From contig NC_090335.1 of NCBI RefSeq assembly GCF_035084215.1, positions 47,864,001 through 47,928,000 on the forward strand: a DNA stretch of 64,000 nucleotides, in the 5' to 3' direction. This DNA comes from Heptranchias perlo (Eukaryota). Under the pieces are notes generated by a model, which was given only the letters and a program-made list of their open reading frames with translations, did not search any database and was not told the origin of the DNA. Below, piece after piece: positions 62,295 through 64,000 of this stretch (position 1 is the first letter of the stretch; each line of letters opens with the position of its first letter). The position numbers and the translations under genes are program-made.

Positions 62295-63265
62295 TATATC
62301 CTCTCTTTGCTTAAAAGTAGGAATTGCAAGTAGGAAATGTTTCTGTGAAGACTCAAGTCCAACCGAAAAAGTTCACTCATCTGTAATGTTAATATGTTCT
62401 TCCCAATATTTGTTATTCAAAGTCAATGCAAAAGTCAGCTTCCATAAGCAAGTCTACATTTCCTATGAACTGAAGCTTAATCATTGTAGAAAATAATCTG
62501 GGATAATGTTGCCACGAGGCAAACAATGAATTTTTCTACCAATGGGATATGCACTGGAAATAATGTGGCCTACCCACAAGCCAATGCAAAACACAACACT
62601 GCCAAACTGTGTAGCTCAGGCTAAAAATTGTGCCATGTTTATTCCCAGATTAGGCAGCTTCTGGCTAAATCAGAATCAGAACAAAAACAGAATGAGGGGA
62701 GATAGTTTGCAAACATTGATGATTAACAATAACACACGGCATCTCCTTTAATCAAGAGATGCTAATTCTAACACAATATGAAGCTGGTTAGCTTTCGAAA
62801 AAACAAACCTTATTTTCGACGGTTCAACCATTAGGGAAAGTGATGGCACTTCCTCTCGCAGTGGTAATGTTACCTATATTAACACTGGTGTCTGGCCTAA
62901 CCATAGACCACTTATAAAGAAATGCAAAACAAACTGTAGACCAACCGTACCCCTTTCTCTGCCACACTTCCGTGTTAATCACAAATAGTTTAACCTGGAC
63001 TTTTAGCATTAAAATAAATGGATTAAAATAATGTTGATTGGAAAATCTATGCTATTGCTTATTCTGTCCATCACAAAAACAGAAATCTCTGCCAGAAAAT
63101 AGTCACAACAGTCATTTTTAAATTGTTACAATACTGGCATAGCTTACAAAATTCCTATAAAAAATATTGATTCTTATGACGTGAAACAAGATGGATCCTC
63201 AGGTCGGTCACAATCGTCTTTTTACAAAACTACCAATTGTACTAAAAAGTATTTTTTTCCTACAG

Positions 63266-63667
63266 AAAGTAGTCTGAGTACGACTGTTACCAGTAACACT
63301 ACCAAGGTTTTGGAGGGTGACTTGCTCCAGTTCGTCTGTGATGTTCGTTCGGCAATCAGGAACAACAGTCGCCTCTCTGTCACCTGGCAGTTAATAAACA
63401 AACAGAGACAGGCCACTGACATCATCAGCTTGGACCAGGACGGTACTCAGGTTATTGGTACACTCTACCATAAGCGTGGTGCTAATGGAGACATCAGACT
63501 GGCCAAACGGCGGCCAGATTCTTTCATACTGGATCTACATAATGCAATAATATTGGATGATGGAGAGTATGTTTGTACGGTGGCTGAATGGATCATGAAC
63601 GTAGGTGGAGAATGGCAGCGAATAGGAAAACAATCAGCTCATGTCGTAGCGGTGGTAACTCCTCTAG
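63266..63667 (+). CDS. IGSF3: IGSF3-like exon, Ig-V domain 4; the gene continues beyond the window
   Basis: ttcctacag|AA...CTAG|gtaagt, 402 bp. KSSLSTTV..LQFVCDVR..LSVTWQL..DDGEYVCTVAEWI. Confidence 0.93.
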
Positions 63668-64000
63668 GTAAGTGCTCGGACCAAAAAACCTGCCTCGGAG
63701 CTGAAAAATTTCTGTCTAGTCTGGTTACTGTCTGATTATCTAAAAGGAGTATTTTTTTGTAGAATATATAAATACTGGATATGTTGTGGTAATTATAATC
63801 ATTAACTGATCAAATCATGAGTGTTAAAGTCATAAGTGAATGTCAGTTAGCTCATTATGGAGATATTTCTGAAATAATGTGGCTGGCTATGACATATATT
63901 CCAGTTATAATACTAGAGTCACTACTTTTGAAATGTGTAATTGGGTGGAGGTTATTGATAAAAGTTTAAAAATGAACGCAGCATGAAATTTTCAGTGTAA

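Noticed and set aside
1-64000. CRISPR arrays, rRNA, true tRNA genes or a prokaryotic system
   Set aside because: No regularly spaced repeats. The tRNA-like boxes belong to SINE heads, and the sequence is intron-containing vertebrate DNA.

Overview
Eukaryotic vertebrate genomic DNA. The repeat families point to a cartilaginous fish, but the species cannot be confirmed from this window. The only host gene is a + strand EWI-family Ig gene of the IGSF3/CD101 type. Four phase-1 Ig-V exons (7823-8200, 58497-58904, 59883-60272, 63266-63667) splice in frame, with a ~50.3 kb intron between the first two. The rest is mostly mobile DNA: CR1, L2 and RTE LINE fragments, tRNA-derived SINEs, four ~2 kb non-autonomous PIF/Harbinger elements (transposase 5' stub facing a Myb/SANT exon) and older Harbinger relics. 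The standout is a Penelope-like (RT + GIY-YIG, Neptune-type) family. Four of its five insertions are head-to-head palindromes (98 bp, 222 bp, ~4.4 kb and ~5.3 kb), and four of the five have target-site duplications. Every arm carries a minimal hammerhead ribozyme with co-varying stems and no stem III loop. The junctions fit a two-ended model: two cDNAs primed from opposite nicks at two fixed start sites about 35-40 nt apart, then joined by microhomology. That mechanism is inference.
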